From an uncultured Actinomycetes bacterium (GTDB lineage: Bacteria > Actinomycetota > Actinomycetes > Streptosporangiales > Streptosporangiaceae): a DNA stretch of 64,000 nt. The notes beneath the pieces are model-generated. The model ran no database searches. It was not told the DNA's origin and saw nothing but the letters and a program-made list of their open reading frames with translations. The stretch covers positions 111,464 to 175,463 of the forward strand of contig CAWEFP010000022.1 in assembly GCA_963808295.1 (NCBI GenBank). The letters are read 5' to 3'. Shown here piece by piece: positions 44,085 through 53,292 of this stretch (its first letter is position 1; each line of letters opens with the position of its first letter). A program made the position numbers and the translations under genes.

Positions 44085-44180
44085 CGGGCCGCCATTGGGC
44101 CGTCCACTGGGCCTTCCACTGTGCCTTCCATTGGGCCTTCCGTCGTCTCCACTGTGCCTTCCGTCGCCGTGTTCCGGGCG
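44085..44180. repeat. 12-bp tandem array in the pyrB-pyrC spacer
   Basis: ccattgggccgt ccactgggcctt ccactgtgcctt ccattgggcctt ... ccactgtgcctt. In the pyrC frame it reads KAQWRRKAQWKAQWKAQWTAQW. Confidence 0.9.
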
Positions 44181-44230
44181 GTCGCCTTCCGTCGTCGCGC
44201 TCGCGGCGGCCGTCCCGGGCGCCTGGCCGG

Positions 44231-45241
44231 TCACCGGGGTTCCCCGGGCAGTTCCGCGCCGCCGAGGAGCAGGTACAGCACGGCCATCCGGACGCTGACA
44301 CCGTTCGCGACCTGCTCCACGATCGTCGACCGGGGCGAGTCCGCCACCTCGGCCGCGATCTCGACCCCCCGGTTCATCGGCCCCGGATGCATCACGATGG
44401 CGTGCTCGGGCAGCACCGCCATCCGCCCGGCGTCCAGCCCGTACCGGCGGCTGTACTCACGGACGCTGGGGAAGTACGCGGCGGTCATCCGCTCCTGCTG
44501 TACCCGCAACATCATGATCACATCGCTCTTGGGCAGCACCGCATCCAGGTCGTAGCTGACCTCGCACGGCCAGCCGTCCACGGCGATGGGCAACAGCGTA
44601 GGCGGCGCGACCAGGGTCACCTCGGCGCCGAGGATGTTCAGCAGCGTGATGTTCGACCGGGCCACGCGGCTGTGCAGGACGTCCCCGACGATCGTCACCC
44701 GCACGCCGTCCAGCCCGCCCGTACCGGACCGGCCGCTGCCGGGTACCCGGCGGCCGGCCCCGCCCGGGCCGCTTCCCCCGGCCCCGGGCCGCAGGCCGAG
44801 CCGGCGCCGGATGGTGAAGGCGTCGAGCAGCGCCTGGGTGGGGTGCTCGTGCATGCCGTCACCGGCGTTGACCACGTGGCCGCGAATCCAGCCGGCCAGC
44901 CGCTGCGGCGCGCCGGACGCGACGTGCCGGATGACCACGGCATCGGCGCCCATGGCCTCCAGCGTCAGCGCCGTGTCCTTGAGGCTCTCCCCCTTGGCGA
45001 CGCTGGACCCCTTGACCGAGAAGTTGATCACGTCCGCGGACAGCCGCTTGGCGGCGGCCTCGAACGAGATCCTGGTCCGGGTCGAATCCTCGAAGAACAG
45101 GTTGACGACGGTGCGCCCGCGCAGCGTCGGCAGCTTCTTGATCGGCCGGTCGGACACGCGCGCCAGCTCTTCGGCGGTGTCCAGGATCAGGAGTGCATCG
45201 TCCCGGCTGAGGTCGGCGACCGAGAGCAGGTGCCGGTTCAT
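44231..45241 (-). CDS. pyrB: aspartate carbamoyltransferase catalytic subunit, with a Gly-rich ~25-30 aa insertion
   Basis: [26 protein letters not shown]...[21 protein letters not shown]...[16 protein letters not shown]...[11 protein letters not shown]. The insert [28 protein letters not shown] lies just before [15 protein letters not shown] overlap with the pyrR stop. Confidence 0.9.
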   Translation of the reverse strand: MNRHLLSVADLSRDDALLILDTAEELARVSDRPIKKLPTLRGRTVVNLFFEDSTRTRISFEAAAKRLSADVINFSVKGSSVAKGESLKDTALTLEAMGADAVVIRHVASGAPQRLAGWIRGHVVNAGDGMHEHPTQALLDAFTIRRRLGLRPGAGGSGPGGAGRRVPGSGRSGTGGLDGVRVTIVGDVLHSRVARSNITLLNILGAEVTLVAPPTLLPIAVDGWPCEVSYDLDAVLPKSDVIMMLRVQQERMTAAYFPSVREYSRRYGLDAGRMAVLPEHAIVMHPGPMNRGVEIAAEVADSPRSTIVEQVANGVSVRMAVLYLLLGGAELPGEPR

Positions 45242-45888
45242 GCCAGCGCCCCCTTCCACTCACCCAGCAGTACGGCGTCCTCGCCATCGGTCTCGGTGAG
45301 GAGGACCCGCACCATCTCGCGTTGTGAGGTGGGCAGGTTCTTGCCCACGTAGTCGGCCCGGATCGGCAGCTCGCGGTGCCCGCGGTCGACGAGGACAGCG
45401 AGCTGCACCGAGCGCGGGCGGCCCAGGTCGGTCAGCGCGTCCAGCGCGGCCCGGACCGTGCGCCCGGAGTAGAGGACGTCATCGACGATGACGACCGTCT
45501 TGCCGTCGATGCCGTCGGCGGGAAGCTCGGTGCGGCCGAGCGCCCGGGCGGGGCGCAGCCGGAGGTCATCCCGGTACATGGTGACGTCGAGCGAGCCCCA
45601 CGGAACGGGCCGGCCCTCGAACTCGGCGGCCCGCTCGGCGAGCCGCTCGGCGAGCGGGACGCCGCGGGTGGGAATGCCGAGAAGCACGATGTCGTCGGCG
45701 CCGTGGGTCCGTTCCAGGATCTCGTGCGCGATCCGGGTCAGCGCCCGCCGGATCTCTGCGGGCTCAAGGACCCGCTTATGCCCGCCGGGATCGTCTCGGC
45801 CTGGGCCTGAACCTGCGTCGCCCGAGCGGCCTGCGCGGCCGGCGTGCGGGCCAGCTGGCCCGTCTCCCGCGTTGTGCGCATGCATCAT
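45238..45888 (-). CDS. pyrR: bifunctional pyrimidine operon regulator / uracil phosphoribosyltransferase PyrR
   Basis: [39 protein letters not shown]...[21 protein letters not shown]...[26 protein letters not shown]. Confidence 0.9.
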   Translation of the reverse strand: MMHAHNAGDGPAGPHAGRAGRSGDAGSGPGRDDPGGHKRVLEPAEIRRALTRIAHEILERTHGADDIVLLGIPTRGVPLAERLAERAAEFEGRPVPWGSLDVTMYRDDLRLRPARALGRTELPADGIDGKTVVIVDDVLYSGRTVRAALDALTDLGRPRSVQLAVLVDRGHRELPIRADYVGKNLPTSQREMVRVLLTETDGEDAVLLGEWKGALA

Positions 45889-45890
45889 CC

Positions 45891-45940
45891 GCGACCTCCT
45901 TCACCGCCTCACGGAACGGTCCTTAAAGGACGTCTGTCGC
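45891..45940 (-). promoter_or_regulatory. putative PyrR-binding leader hairpin sequestering the pyrR RBS
   Basis: The RNA reads GACGUCCUUUAAGGACCGUUCCGUGAGGCGGUGAAGGAGGUCGCGGAUGAUG. GACC..UCC can pair with GGAGGUC (the RBS), and a GUGAGGC-containing loop resembles the PyrR binding-loop theme. Confidence 0.4.
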
Positions 45941-46221
45941 CATCACGTTATCAGGGCGGCTGAGGGGCGGATGGACGACGCGCCGTGGGATAAATCGGGG
46001 CGGCACGTGCTCGCGGAACCCCGCTTCGTAGTGTGATTTGGGTCACACTTCAGGGGTTGCTCACAGAGCGCCACAACCCCCCGCCGACTACCCCAAAACG
46101 GTCGCAGACCGTCGATAAAGCCCGGCCAGGCCGAGGTTCCCGCACGCTGCGCGCGGGGTAGATAACGCTCCGGTAGGGCAGGCCGGTTACCGGGTAGGTT
46201 CAACCAGTTTTTGCCATTCGG

Positions 46222-46251
46222 CTTGACCTTGTCGTGCTCGCGGCTTACCGT
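46222..46251 (+). promoter_or_regulatory. candidate sigma-70/HrdB-type promoter of bldD
   Basis: TTGACC, a 17-nt spacer, then TACCGT (TANNNT) lie about 50 nt upstream of the bldD ATG. GTAAC-C-GTTAC dyad symmetry follows directly. Confidence 0.35.
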
Positions 46252-46301
46252 CACTGTCCGTAACCGTTACCGTAAGCTACGACTGGCCGGGGGGCCGAAA
46301 A

Positions 46302-46796
46302 ATGCCATCTGAGTACGCAAAGACCCTGGGCGCGCGGCTGCGCGCGATCCGGACACAGCAGGGCCTGTCCCTGCACGGGGTCGAAGAGAAGTCGCGCGGC
46401 CGCTGGAAGGCCGTCGTGGTTGGCTCCTACGAGCGCGGCGACCGGTCCGTGACCGTCCAGAAGCTGGCCGAACTGGCCGAATTCTACGGCGTTCCGGTAT
46501 CGGAACTGCTGCCCGGCGACTCGACGCCGGCACCGCTCGCACCGACACCCAAGCTCGTCATCGACCTTGAGCGGATGAACGAACTGCCCAAGGAGAAGTC
46601 CGGCCCGCTGGCCCGCTACATCGCCACCATCCAGAGCCAGCGCGGCGACTACAACGGCCGGGTGCTGTCGGTCCGGCAGGAGGACCTCCGGTCGCTGGCC
46701 GTCATCTACGACAAGTCCCCCGCCGACCTGACCGAGGAACTGATCAACTGGGGCGTGCTGGACTCCGAGGCTCGCGGAGCCATCGACACGCTCTGA
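46302..46796 (+). CDS. bldD: developmental master regulator BldD (XRE HTH plus c-di-GMP-binding C-domain)
   Basis: MPSEYAKTLGARLRAIRTQQGLSLHGVEEKSRGRWKAVVVGSYERGDRSVTVQKLAELAEFYGVPVSELL. The C-domain has RGD-YNGRVLSV-RQED, matching the RXD-X8-RXXD c-di-GMP motif. It is divergent from pyrR, as in Streptomyces. Confidence 0.9.
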   Translation: MPSEYAKTLGARLRAIRTQQGLSLHGVEEKSRGRWKAVVVGSYERGDRSVTVQKLAELAEFYGVPVSELLPGDSTPAPLAPTPKLVIDLERMNELPKEKSGPLARYIATIQSQRGDYNGRVLSVRQEDLRSLAVIYDKSPADLTEELINWGVLDSEARGAIDTL

Positions 46797-46818
46797 CGGC
46801 TAGGCCTCCCCGCCCGTA

Positions 46819-46876
46819 CCCCTTTCCCGCCCGGGCTCGCGCTCATCGTCGCGCTGGCATCCAGGCGGGGAAGGGG
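46819..46876. terminator. long imperfect hairpin between the convergent bldD and HEPN-like genes
   Basis: CCCCTTTCCCGCC ... GGCGGGGAAGGGG (12/13 complementary) with a ~32-nt loop. Confidence 0.3.
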
Positions 46877-46913
46877 AAGAAACGGTTGCTTCCGGCCGGG
46901 CCAGCGCGCCGGG

Positions 46914-47462
46914 TCAGCCCGCCGTGCGGAGCGGGAGCGGAGACTGGCCCGGGACGCCGAGCGCGGTCTCCACGACGGACAGGAATATCTCCGCGTCCCT
47001 CAGCAGGTCATCTGCCTCTCGCGCGGTGGCCGCCCGGGAAAGCCCGGCCTCGGCAGCGGCGCGCTTGCTCGCCCCCGCCGCGAAGAACGCGGCCCACTCC
47101 GCGAGTGTGGGCTCGACCTGCGGCAGCAGCTCCCACACACTGCGGGGGCGCCGGCGGCGGGACCCGCTGGACGGCTCCCCGCGGACAGCGACCACCGCCG
47201 CGGCCGCCCGCAGCGCGGCCAGGTGGGCGGCAACATAGCGTCCCGCGGGCGAGGTCTCATCAACGGCCTCAGCCAGCCCGCACCGCGCGGATTCGAGCAG
47301 CGCCATGGCCGAAGGCGCCATCCTGCGCCGTGGCTGCCCGCTGGGTGATGGCCTGCCGTTCCCCGGGCCGCGCTCCGCCGGGGCCCGCTCCGCGGAGCCG
47401 CGGTCGGCCGTCCTGGTACGCACCGGGGTACGTACCTGCGCTGAGGTGACTGCGTTCACCAT
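46914..47462 (-). CDS. hypothetical protein, resembling the SAV_6107-type HEPN-like protein found beside bldD
   Basis: 182 aa from the ATG at 47462: ...AMALLESARCGLAEAVDETSPAGRYVAAHLAALRAAAAVVAV...VWELLPQVEPTLAEWAAFFAAGASKRAAAEAGL..ATAREADDLLRDAEIFLSVVE. The family assignment is from memory only. Confidence 0.55.
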   Translation of the reverse strand: MVNAVTSAQVRTPVRTRTADRGSAERAPAERGPGNGRPSPSGQPRRRMAPSAMALLESARCGLAEAVDETSPAGRYVAAHLAALRAAAAVVAVRGEPSSGSRRRRPRSVWELLPQVEPTLAEWAAFFAAGASKRAAAEAGLSRAATAREADDLLRDAEIFLSVVETALGVPGQSPLPLRTAG

Positions 47463-48157
47463 CGCGTCCTCTCTTCCGTGCGGAACCGTGCCAGGCGAGG
47501 CACTTCCCGCTACCACGCCTGGCACGGGGTCCGGCCGCCCGAGGGGGGTCAGGCGGCCGGGGCCTTCACACATCCAGTCGAACACAGTTTCGGCTGTGTG
47601 TCCAGTCCGTTTGTACCTGCGTTCGAATGTAGCTGGGGGGTCCGACATTCCGGCCGGCCCCGCGGGCGCGGGGCGCGGGCGCGAGGCGGAGCCGGCCGGC
47701 GGGGTCAGCGGAACGGCCACGATGGCGCGGTCGTGGCCGCCATGACGTCGACGATGACGCCACCGTGGACGTGGCGAGATCCCAGGGGCGGGGATTTTCC
47801 GGGACGTTCGTCCATGGCCGAACGCGGACATGTCATGACATGGTTACGCGGTGTTTCCGGGAGTCGCCGTTCTGCCGGTTACGCCTGGTCCGGGGGATGT
47901 GCGCCCGTTCGCCGAAGATCCACGGGGAGGGCTACCACCGCGCACAGGTCGCAACTAAATGACCCGTTGCGTCGTCATTTATAGCGAAACCTCACCGGCG
48001 GTTCCCAGGGAACCCCCAGCAGGGCCACTGCCGGGACCCAGCGGGCGGCGGCCGGGGAACCGCACCGGAGGCACGGGCCGGCCGGTGAACGTTGGGCCTG
48101 AGATTGCGCGGCGGCAGCACGCGCCGAACGATCGCGACGTTGGAGGACTTATCCGGC

Positions 48158-50716
48158 ATGGGATCGCCGACGGGGGAAGCGGGGGAACCACCCCCGCACA
48201 CGGGAGAAGGCCGCGCGCACACGCGAGAGGGCCGCACACATACGGGAGAAGGCCGCGCGCACACGGGAGAACAGCAGGCGCGATCACGCGGGCCGTCACG
48301 CCGCACGCTGCTGGCCGGGGGGCTGGCCGGGGCGGCCGGCGCGGCCGTGATCCCGCTGACCCTGGACCGCGGCGGGGCCAGGCAGGCCCCCGGCGACGCC
48401 GCTGACCGGCCCGGGTGGGAACACTCCACGGCGCGGGATCGCCCGGTCACGGCGCTGCAGTACCCGTTCAACACCGGCTGGGTGTTCGGCGAGTACGCCC
48501 GCGGGTCCGAGCAGCCCGGGTATGACGACACGCAGCTCACGCCGGTCACGCTGCCGCACTGCGTCACCAAACTGTCCTGGCAGAAGTGGAACCCGGCGGC
48601 GTGGCAGCGCGTCTGGGTCTACCGCCGGTCCTTCGACGGCACGGGGCTGCGGGGCGGCCGCGTGCTGGCCGACTTCGACGGCGTGATGGTCAACGCCACG
48701 GTGATCATCAACGGCCGGACGGCGGCCAGTCACAAGGGCGGCTACCTGCCGTTCTCGGCCGAGCTGACCGGTTTGCTGCAGCCCGGCGACAACGTGCTCG
48801 CGGTGGTGGTCGACGCCCGTTGCATCCCGGTCCCGCCGGAGGTCCCGGACGCGCCGGGCACCGTCGACTTCCTGCAGCCGGGCGGGATCTACCGTGACGT
48901 CCGGCTGCGGCTGCTGCCGGACATCTACCTGTCCGACGTGTTCGCCCAGCCGGTCAACGTGCTGACCGCGCACCGGAGCGTCGCCATCGGTTGCACCATC
49001 GACGCTGCCGGGGCGCCGGCCGCGCCGGTGCGGATCACCGCCGCGCTGGCCCAGGGCACCCGGAAGATCGCCACGGTCTCCCGGACGCTGTACGAGGTCC
49101 GCGCGGGCCAGACGGTGGCCGCCCTGTCGCTCACCGGCCTGGGCGACATTGGGCTGTGGTCGCCGGCCAGCCCCGAGCTGTACGACCTGACGACAACCGT
49201 GTCGGTCCCGGGCTCCGGCACGCATTCGGTGCGGCAGCGGATCGGGTTCCGCGAGGCGGCGTTCCGGCCGGACGGCTTCTTCCTGAACGGCGAGCGGCTG
49301 AAGATATTCGGCCTGGACCGGCACCAGCTCTTTCCCTACGCCGGGATGGCCATGCCCGCCCGCATCCAGCGCCGGGACGCCGAGATCATCAAGAACGACT
49401 TCAACTGCAACATGGTGCGCTGCTCGCACTACCCGCAATCGCCGCACTTCCTGGACGCGTGCGACGAGCTGGGCCTGATGGTGTGGGAGGAGACGCCCGG
49501 CTGGCACCATATCGGCGGCGCGGCGTGGCAGGACATCGTGCTGGCCAACGTGCACGACATGGTGGTCCGGGATCGCAGCAGGCCATCGGTGATCATCTGG
49601 GGCACCCGGCTCAACGAGACCAAAGATTACCCCGGCCTGTACCGCCGGGCCCGGCAGATCGCGAAGGACCTGGACGGCTCGCGGCCCTCGTCCGGGGCGA
49701 TGGACCGCCACAGCACCGAATTCTGGGACGAGGACGTCTTCGCCTTCAACGATTACCACCTGAACGCGGCCGGCCACTACCGGCTGCTGCCCCCGCTTCC
49801 GAACGTTCCGTACCTGGTCACCGAGTCGGTGGGGGTGGAACTGCCGAAGCCGCGGCACTACCGCTGGACCGATCCCCCGGCGCTGCTGGCCCGGCAGGCT
49901 GTCTACCACGCGCAGGTGCACGACATCGCGCAGTCGGATCCGCGGTACGCGGGACTGCTCGCCTGGGTCGCGTTCGACTACGCCTCGCTGCAGGGGCCGG
50001 GCGGCCAGAGCATCAAGTGGGCAGGCGTCGCCGACGGGTTCCGGGTCGCCAAGCCCGGCGCCGCCATCTACCTTTCGCAGGTGGATCCCCGGGTCCGGCC
50101 GGTGGTCGTGCCGGTGTTCTTCTGGGATCTGGCGGACGGGGCGGCGCCGCGGGGACCCGGCCCCAACGCGATGCTGGCCAGCAACTGCGAGCAGGTGGAA
50201 GTCTTCATCGGCGGTGACCACGCCGGGACCGGGCGGCCCGTGCTGGACGCGGAACTGTACGGCCAGCTCGCCTACCCGCCGACCCTGGTCGACCTCACCG
50301 TGTCCCGGAACGACCATCCCGAACTGCGCATCGAGGGCTATCTCGGCGGCAGGCAGGTCGCGGTGGTCCGGATGTCCTGCGATCCGGCCGGCGACCGGCT
50401 CGCGATGACGGCCGACGACGCGGCGATCACCGGCGACGGTTCGGACGCCACTCGCGTGGTGTTCCGCGCGGTCGACGCCTACGGCAACCAGCGCAGATAT
50501 ACGTCCGGTGAGGTCAAACTGCACGTGGCGGGGCCCGCCGAGCTCATCGGGGACAACCCGTTCCCGCTCGGCGAGTACGGCGGGCTCGGCGCGGTCTGGC
50601 TGCGCTCGCAGCCGGGCCGGTCGGGCCCGGTCACGGTCATCGCCGACCACCCCGATCTCGGCCGCGCCCGGGTCATGCTCACGGTCACGCCGGCCGGCCG
50701 CCAGCGCCTCGACTGA
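48158..50716 (+). CDS. secreted glycoside hydrolase family 2 (TAT signal)
   Basis: SRRTLLAGGLAGAAGAAV twin-arginine signal. FGLDRHQLFPYAGMAMPARIQRRDAEIIKNDFNCNMVRCSHYPQSPHFLDACDELGLMVWEE and IIWGTRLNE match the GH2 TIM-barrel motifs. Confidence 0.85.
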   Translation: MGSPTGEAGEPPPHTGEGRAHTREGRTHTGEGRAHTGEQQARSRGPSRRTLLAGGLAGAAGAAVIPLTLDRGGARQAPGDAADRPGWEHSTARDRPVTALQYPFNTGWVFGEYARGSEQPGYDDTQLTPVTLPHCVTKLSWQKWNPAAWQRVWVYRRSFDGTGLRGGRVLADFDGVMVNATVIINGRTAASHKGGYLPFSAELTGLLQPGDNVLAVVVDARCIPVPPEVPDAPGTVDFLQPGGIYRDVRLRLLPDIYLSDVFAQPVNVLTAHRSVAIGCTIDAAGAPAAPVRITAALAQGTRKIATVSRTLYEVRAGQTVAALSLTGLGDIGLWSPASPELYDLTTTVSVPGSGTHSVRQRIGFREAAFRPDGFFLNGERLKIFGLDRHQLFPYAGMAMPARIQRRDAEIIKNDFNCNMVRCSHYPQSPHFLDACDELGLMVWEETPGWHHIGGAAWQDIVLANVHDMVVRDRSRPSVIIWGTRLNETKDYPGLYRRARQIAKDLDGSRPSSGAMDRHSTEFWDEDVFAFNDYHLNAAGHYRLLPPLPNVPYLVTESVGVELPKPRHYRWTDPPALLARQAVYHAQVHDIAQSDPRYAGLLAWVAFDYASLQGPGGQSIKWAGVADGFRVAKPGAAIYLSQVDPRVRPVVVPVFFWDLADGAAPRGPGPNAMLASNCEQVEVFIGGDHAGTGRPVLDAELYGQLAYPPTLVDLTVSRNDHPELRIEGYLGGRQVAVVRMSCDPAGDRLAMTADDAAITGDGSDATRVVFRAVDAYGNQRRYTSGEVKLHVAGPAELIGDNPFPLGEYGGLGAVWLRSQPGRSGPVTVIADHPDLGRARVMLTVTPAGRQRLD
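48195..48275. repeat. 21-bp tandem repeat x4 in the N-terminal region of GH2 copy 1
   Basis: cacacgggagaaggccgcgcg units; the protein reads HTGEGRA HTREGRT HTGEGRA HTGEQQA just before the RR signal. Confidence 0.85.
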
Positions 50717-50808
50717 CCGCCCGGGGACACGCACCCCCTCTCTCGCACGATCGTGACACTCCGAAGTAAATTAATTACTCAGAGTTGCAAACGGTGCGGG
50801 AGGTGACG

Positions 50809-53289
50809 ATGAGCCACGCCCGGCGGGAATCCGGCCTTCCCCTTCCCGCGGCGGAAGCCTCTCCGTCGCGGCGGGCGGTGCTGCGCGGCGGGGCGTTCGG
50901 CGGCGTGGCGCTGCTCTCGCTGGCCGCGGCGCCTAAGGCGCACGCCGCGCCGCGGCCGGAGCAGGCCGCGGCGTGGCCGCGGCAGGCCGTGCGCACGGCC
51001 GCGAGCGGGACGGCCGCCACCCCCGCACGCCAGTACGACTTCGGCCAAGGCTGGCTCTTCGGCGGGGCCTACCTGGCCGGCGCCGAGCAGCCCGGCTACC
51101 CCGACGACGGGTTCACCCGGGTGACGCTGCCGCATACGGTGACCCCGCTGTCGTGGGCCAACTGGGACCCCACGAGCTGGGAAAACGTGTGGATCTACCG
51201 CAAGCACTTCGCGGGGTCCGACGTCCGCGGCGGCCGGGTGTTCGCCGACTTCAACGGCGTCATGGTCAACGCGGCCGTGGTCATCAACGGGGTGACCGTC
51301 GCCACTCATGAGGGCGGCTACCTGCCGTTTTCGGCCGAGCTGACCGGCCACCTGGCCGACGGCGACAACGTGCTCGCGGTCATCGTCGACGCGCGCTGGC
51401 TGGACGTGCCGCCGGACAACCCGCCGAGCGGAACCGCGTCGGTGGACTACCTCCAGCCGGGCGGCATCTACCGGGATGTCACGCTGCGGGTCGTGCCCGA
51501 GGTCTGCATCCGCGACGTGTGGGCCAGGCCCGTCAACGTGCTCACCGCGGACCCGGCGCTCGAGGTTCAGGTCACGCTGGACGCCGCGAGCGTGCCGGAC
51601 GGCACGCTTCAGGTCGCCGTCCAGCTCCTGGACGGAGCCCGCGAGGTCGCCGCGGCCGGGATGGCCGCGGCGGTGGTAGCCATCGGCGCGACCGTGCTGC
51701 AGCTGACCCTGACCGGGCTGGCCGGCGTGGTGCTCTGGTCACCGGACGCGCCGAAGCTGTACACCGTGCGGACGACGGTCTCGCCCGTTACCGCGCCGCC
51801 GCACACCGTCGACGTCACCACCGGGTTCCGGCAGGCGGCGTTCCAGCCGGACGGCTTCTACCTCAACGGGAAGCGGCTGGAGATCTTCGGGCTGAACCGG
51901 CACCAGCTCTTCCCCTACCTCGGCATGGCGGCGGGCGCGCGGCTGCAGCGGCGGGACGCCGAGATCCTCAAGAACGAGCTGAACTGCAACATGGTGCGCT
52001 GCTCGCACTACCCGCAGTCGCCGCACTTCCTCGACGCCTGCGACGAGCTGGGCCTGATGGTGTGGGAGGAACCGCCCGGCTGGGCGTACACCGGCGACGC
52101 CGCCTTCGGGCAGATCGTGCTGCAGAACGTGCACGACATGGTGGTCCGCGACCGGAACCGCCCGTCGGTCATCGTCTGGGCCACCCGGCTCAACGAGACC
52201 GCCAGCGCCGTGGACCTGTACGCGCAGACCCGGCAGCTGGCGTACGACCTCGACGGGACCCGGCAGACCACGGGCGCGATGTCCAGCTACTCGCTGACCG
52301 GCTGGGCCGAGGACGTCTTCGGCTACGACGACTACCACGCGGTGGACGGCAACGCGACGCTGGAGCCGCCGCTGCCGGCCGTTCCGTGGCTGGTCAGCGA
52401 GGCGGTCGGCGCGCTGGACGGGTCGCCGCTCTACCGCTGGACCGATGCCGGGGCGGTGCTCGCCGAGCAGGGTCAGATGCACGCCCAGGTGCACAACATC
52501 GCCCAGTCCGATCCCCGGTACGCGGGCGTGCTGGGGTGGTGCGCCTTCGATTACGCCTCCCTGAACGGGGGGAGGAGGATCTGGGACAACCTGAAGACGC
52601 CGGGCGTGCTCGACACGTTCCGGGTGCCGAAGCCCGGCGCGGCGTTCTACCGCTCGCAGGTGTCCCCGGCGGACCAGCCGGTGATCCTGCCCATGTTCTT
52701 CTGGGATTTCGGTCCCGGGTCCCCGATCGCCGGGCCCGGCCAGGGCTCGATCATCGCCACCAACTGCGACCGGCTCGACATCTTCCTGGACGGGCAGCAC
52801 ATCGCCAGCACCACCCCGGACGTCACCGATTACGGGAACCTGGCTCACCCGCTGGCCTTCGCCGACCTGACGGTGGACGGGGCCAGCCGGCCCGAGCTGC
52901 GGATCGACGGTTACGTGGCCGGCGCCCTGGCGGCGTCGGTGCGCATGTCCGCGGACACCACCCGCGACCGGCTGTCCCTGGTGGCGGACGACACCTCGAT
53001 CCGGGCCGATGGGTCCGACACCACCCGGCTGACGTTCCGCGCGCTGGACGCCTACGGCAACCAGCGGCCCTATGTGGACGGCGCGGTGTCCCTCAGCCTG
53101 GTCGGCCCCGCCATTCTGGTGGGCGATAACCCATTTCCGTTCGGTATATACGGCGGCGTCGGCGGCGCGTTCGTGCGTTCGGTGCCCGGCCGGGCCGGGC
53201 TGGTCACGATCACGGCGGAGCACCCGGGGCTCGGGTCCGCCGCCACGCGGCTCACCGTGACACCCGCGCCCGGCCGCGCGTTCCTCTGA
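50809..53289 (+). CDS. secreted glycoside hydrolase family 2 (TAT signal), tandem paralog
   Basis: GGGAGG RBS then ATG. SRRAVLRGGAFGGVALLSLAAAPKAHA signal. FGLNRHQLFPYLGMAAGARLQRRDAEILKNELNCNMVRCSHYPQSPHFLDACDELGLMVWEE. Collinear with copy 1. Confidence 0.85.
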   Translation: MSHARRESGLPLPAAEASPSRRAVLRGGAFGGVALLSLAAAPKAHAAPRPEQAAAWPRQAVRTAASGTAATPARQYDFGQGWLFGGAYLAGAEQPGYPDDGFTRVTLPHTVTPLSWANWDPTSWENVWIYRKHFAGSDVRGGRVFADFNGVMVNAAVVINGVTVATHEGGYLPFSAELTGHLADGDNVLAVIVDARWLDVPPDNPPSGTASVDYLQPGGIYRDVTLRVVPEVCIRDVWARPVNVLTADPALEVQVTLDAASVPDGTLQVAVQLLDGAREVAAAGMAAAVVAIGATVLQLTLTGLAGVVLWSPDAPKLYTVRTTVSPVTAPPHTVDVTTGFRQAAFQPDGFYLNGKRLEIFGLNRHQLFPYLGMAAGARLQRRDAEILKNELNCNMVRCSHYPQSPHFLDACDELGLMVWEEPPGWAYTGDAAFGQIVLQNVHDMVVRDRNRPSVIVWATRLNETASAVDLYAQTRQLAYDLDGTRQTTGAMSSYSLTGWAEDVFGYDDYHAVDGNATLEPPLPAVPWLVSEAVGALDGSPLYRWTDAGAVLAEQGQMHAQVHNIAQSDPRYAGVLGWCAFDYASLNGGRRIWDNLKTPGVLDTFRVPKPGAAFYRSQVSPADQPVILPMFFWDFGPGSPIAGPGQGSIIATNCDRLDIFLDGQHIASTTPDVTDYGNLAHPLAFADLTVDGASRPELRIDGYVAGALAASVRMSADTTRDRLSLVADDTSIRADGSDTTRLTFRALDAYGNQRPYVDGAVSLSLVGPAILVGDNPFPFGIYGGVGGAFVRSVPGRAGLVTITAEHPGLGSAATRLTVTPAPGRAFL

Positions 53290-53292
53290 GCT

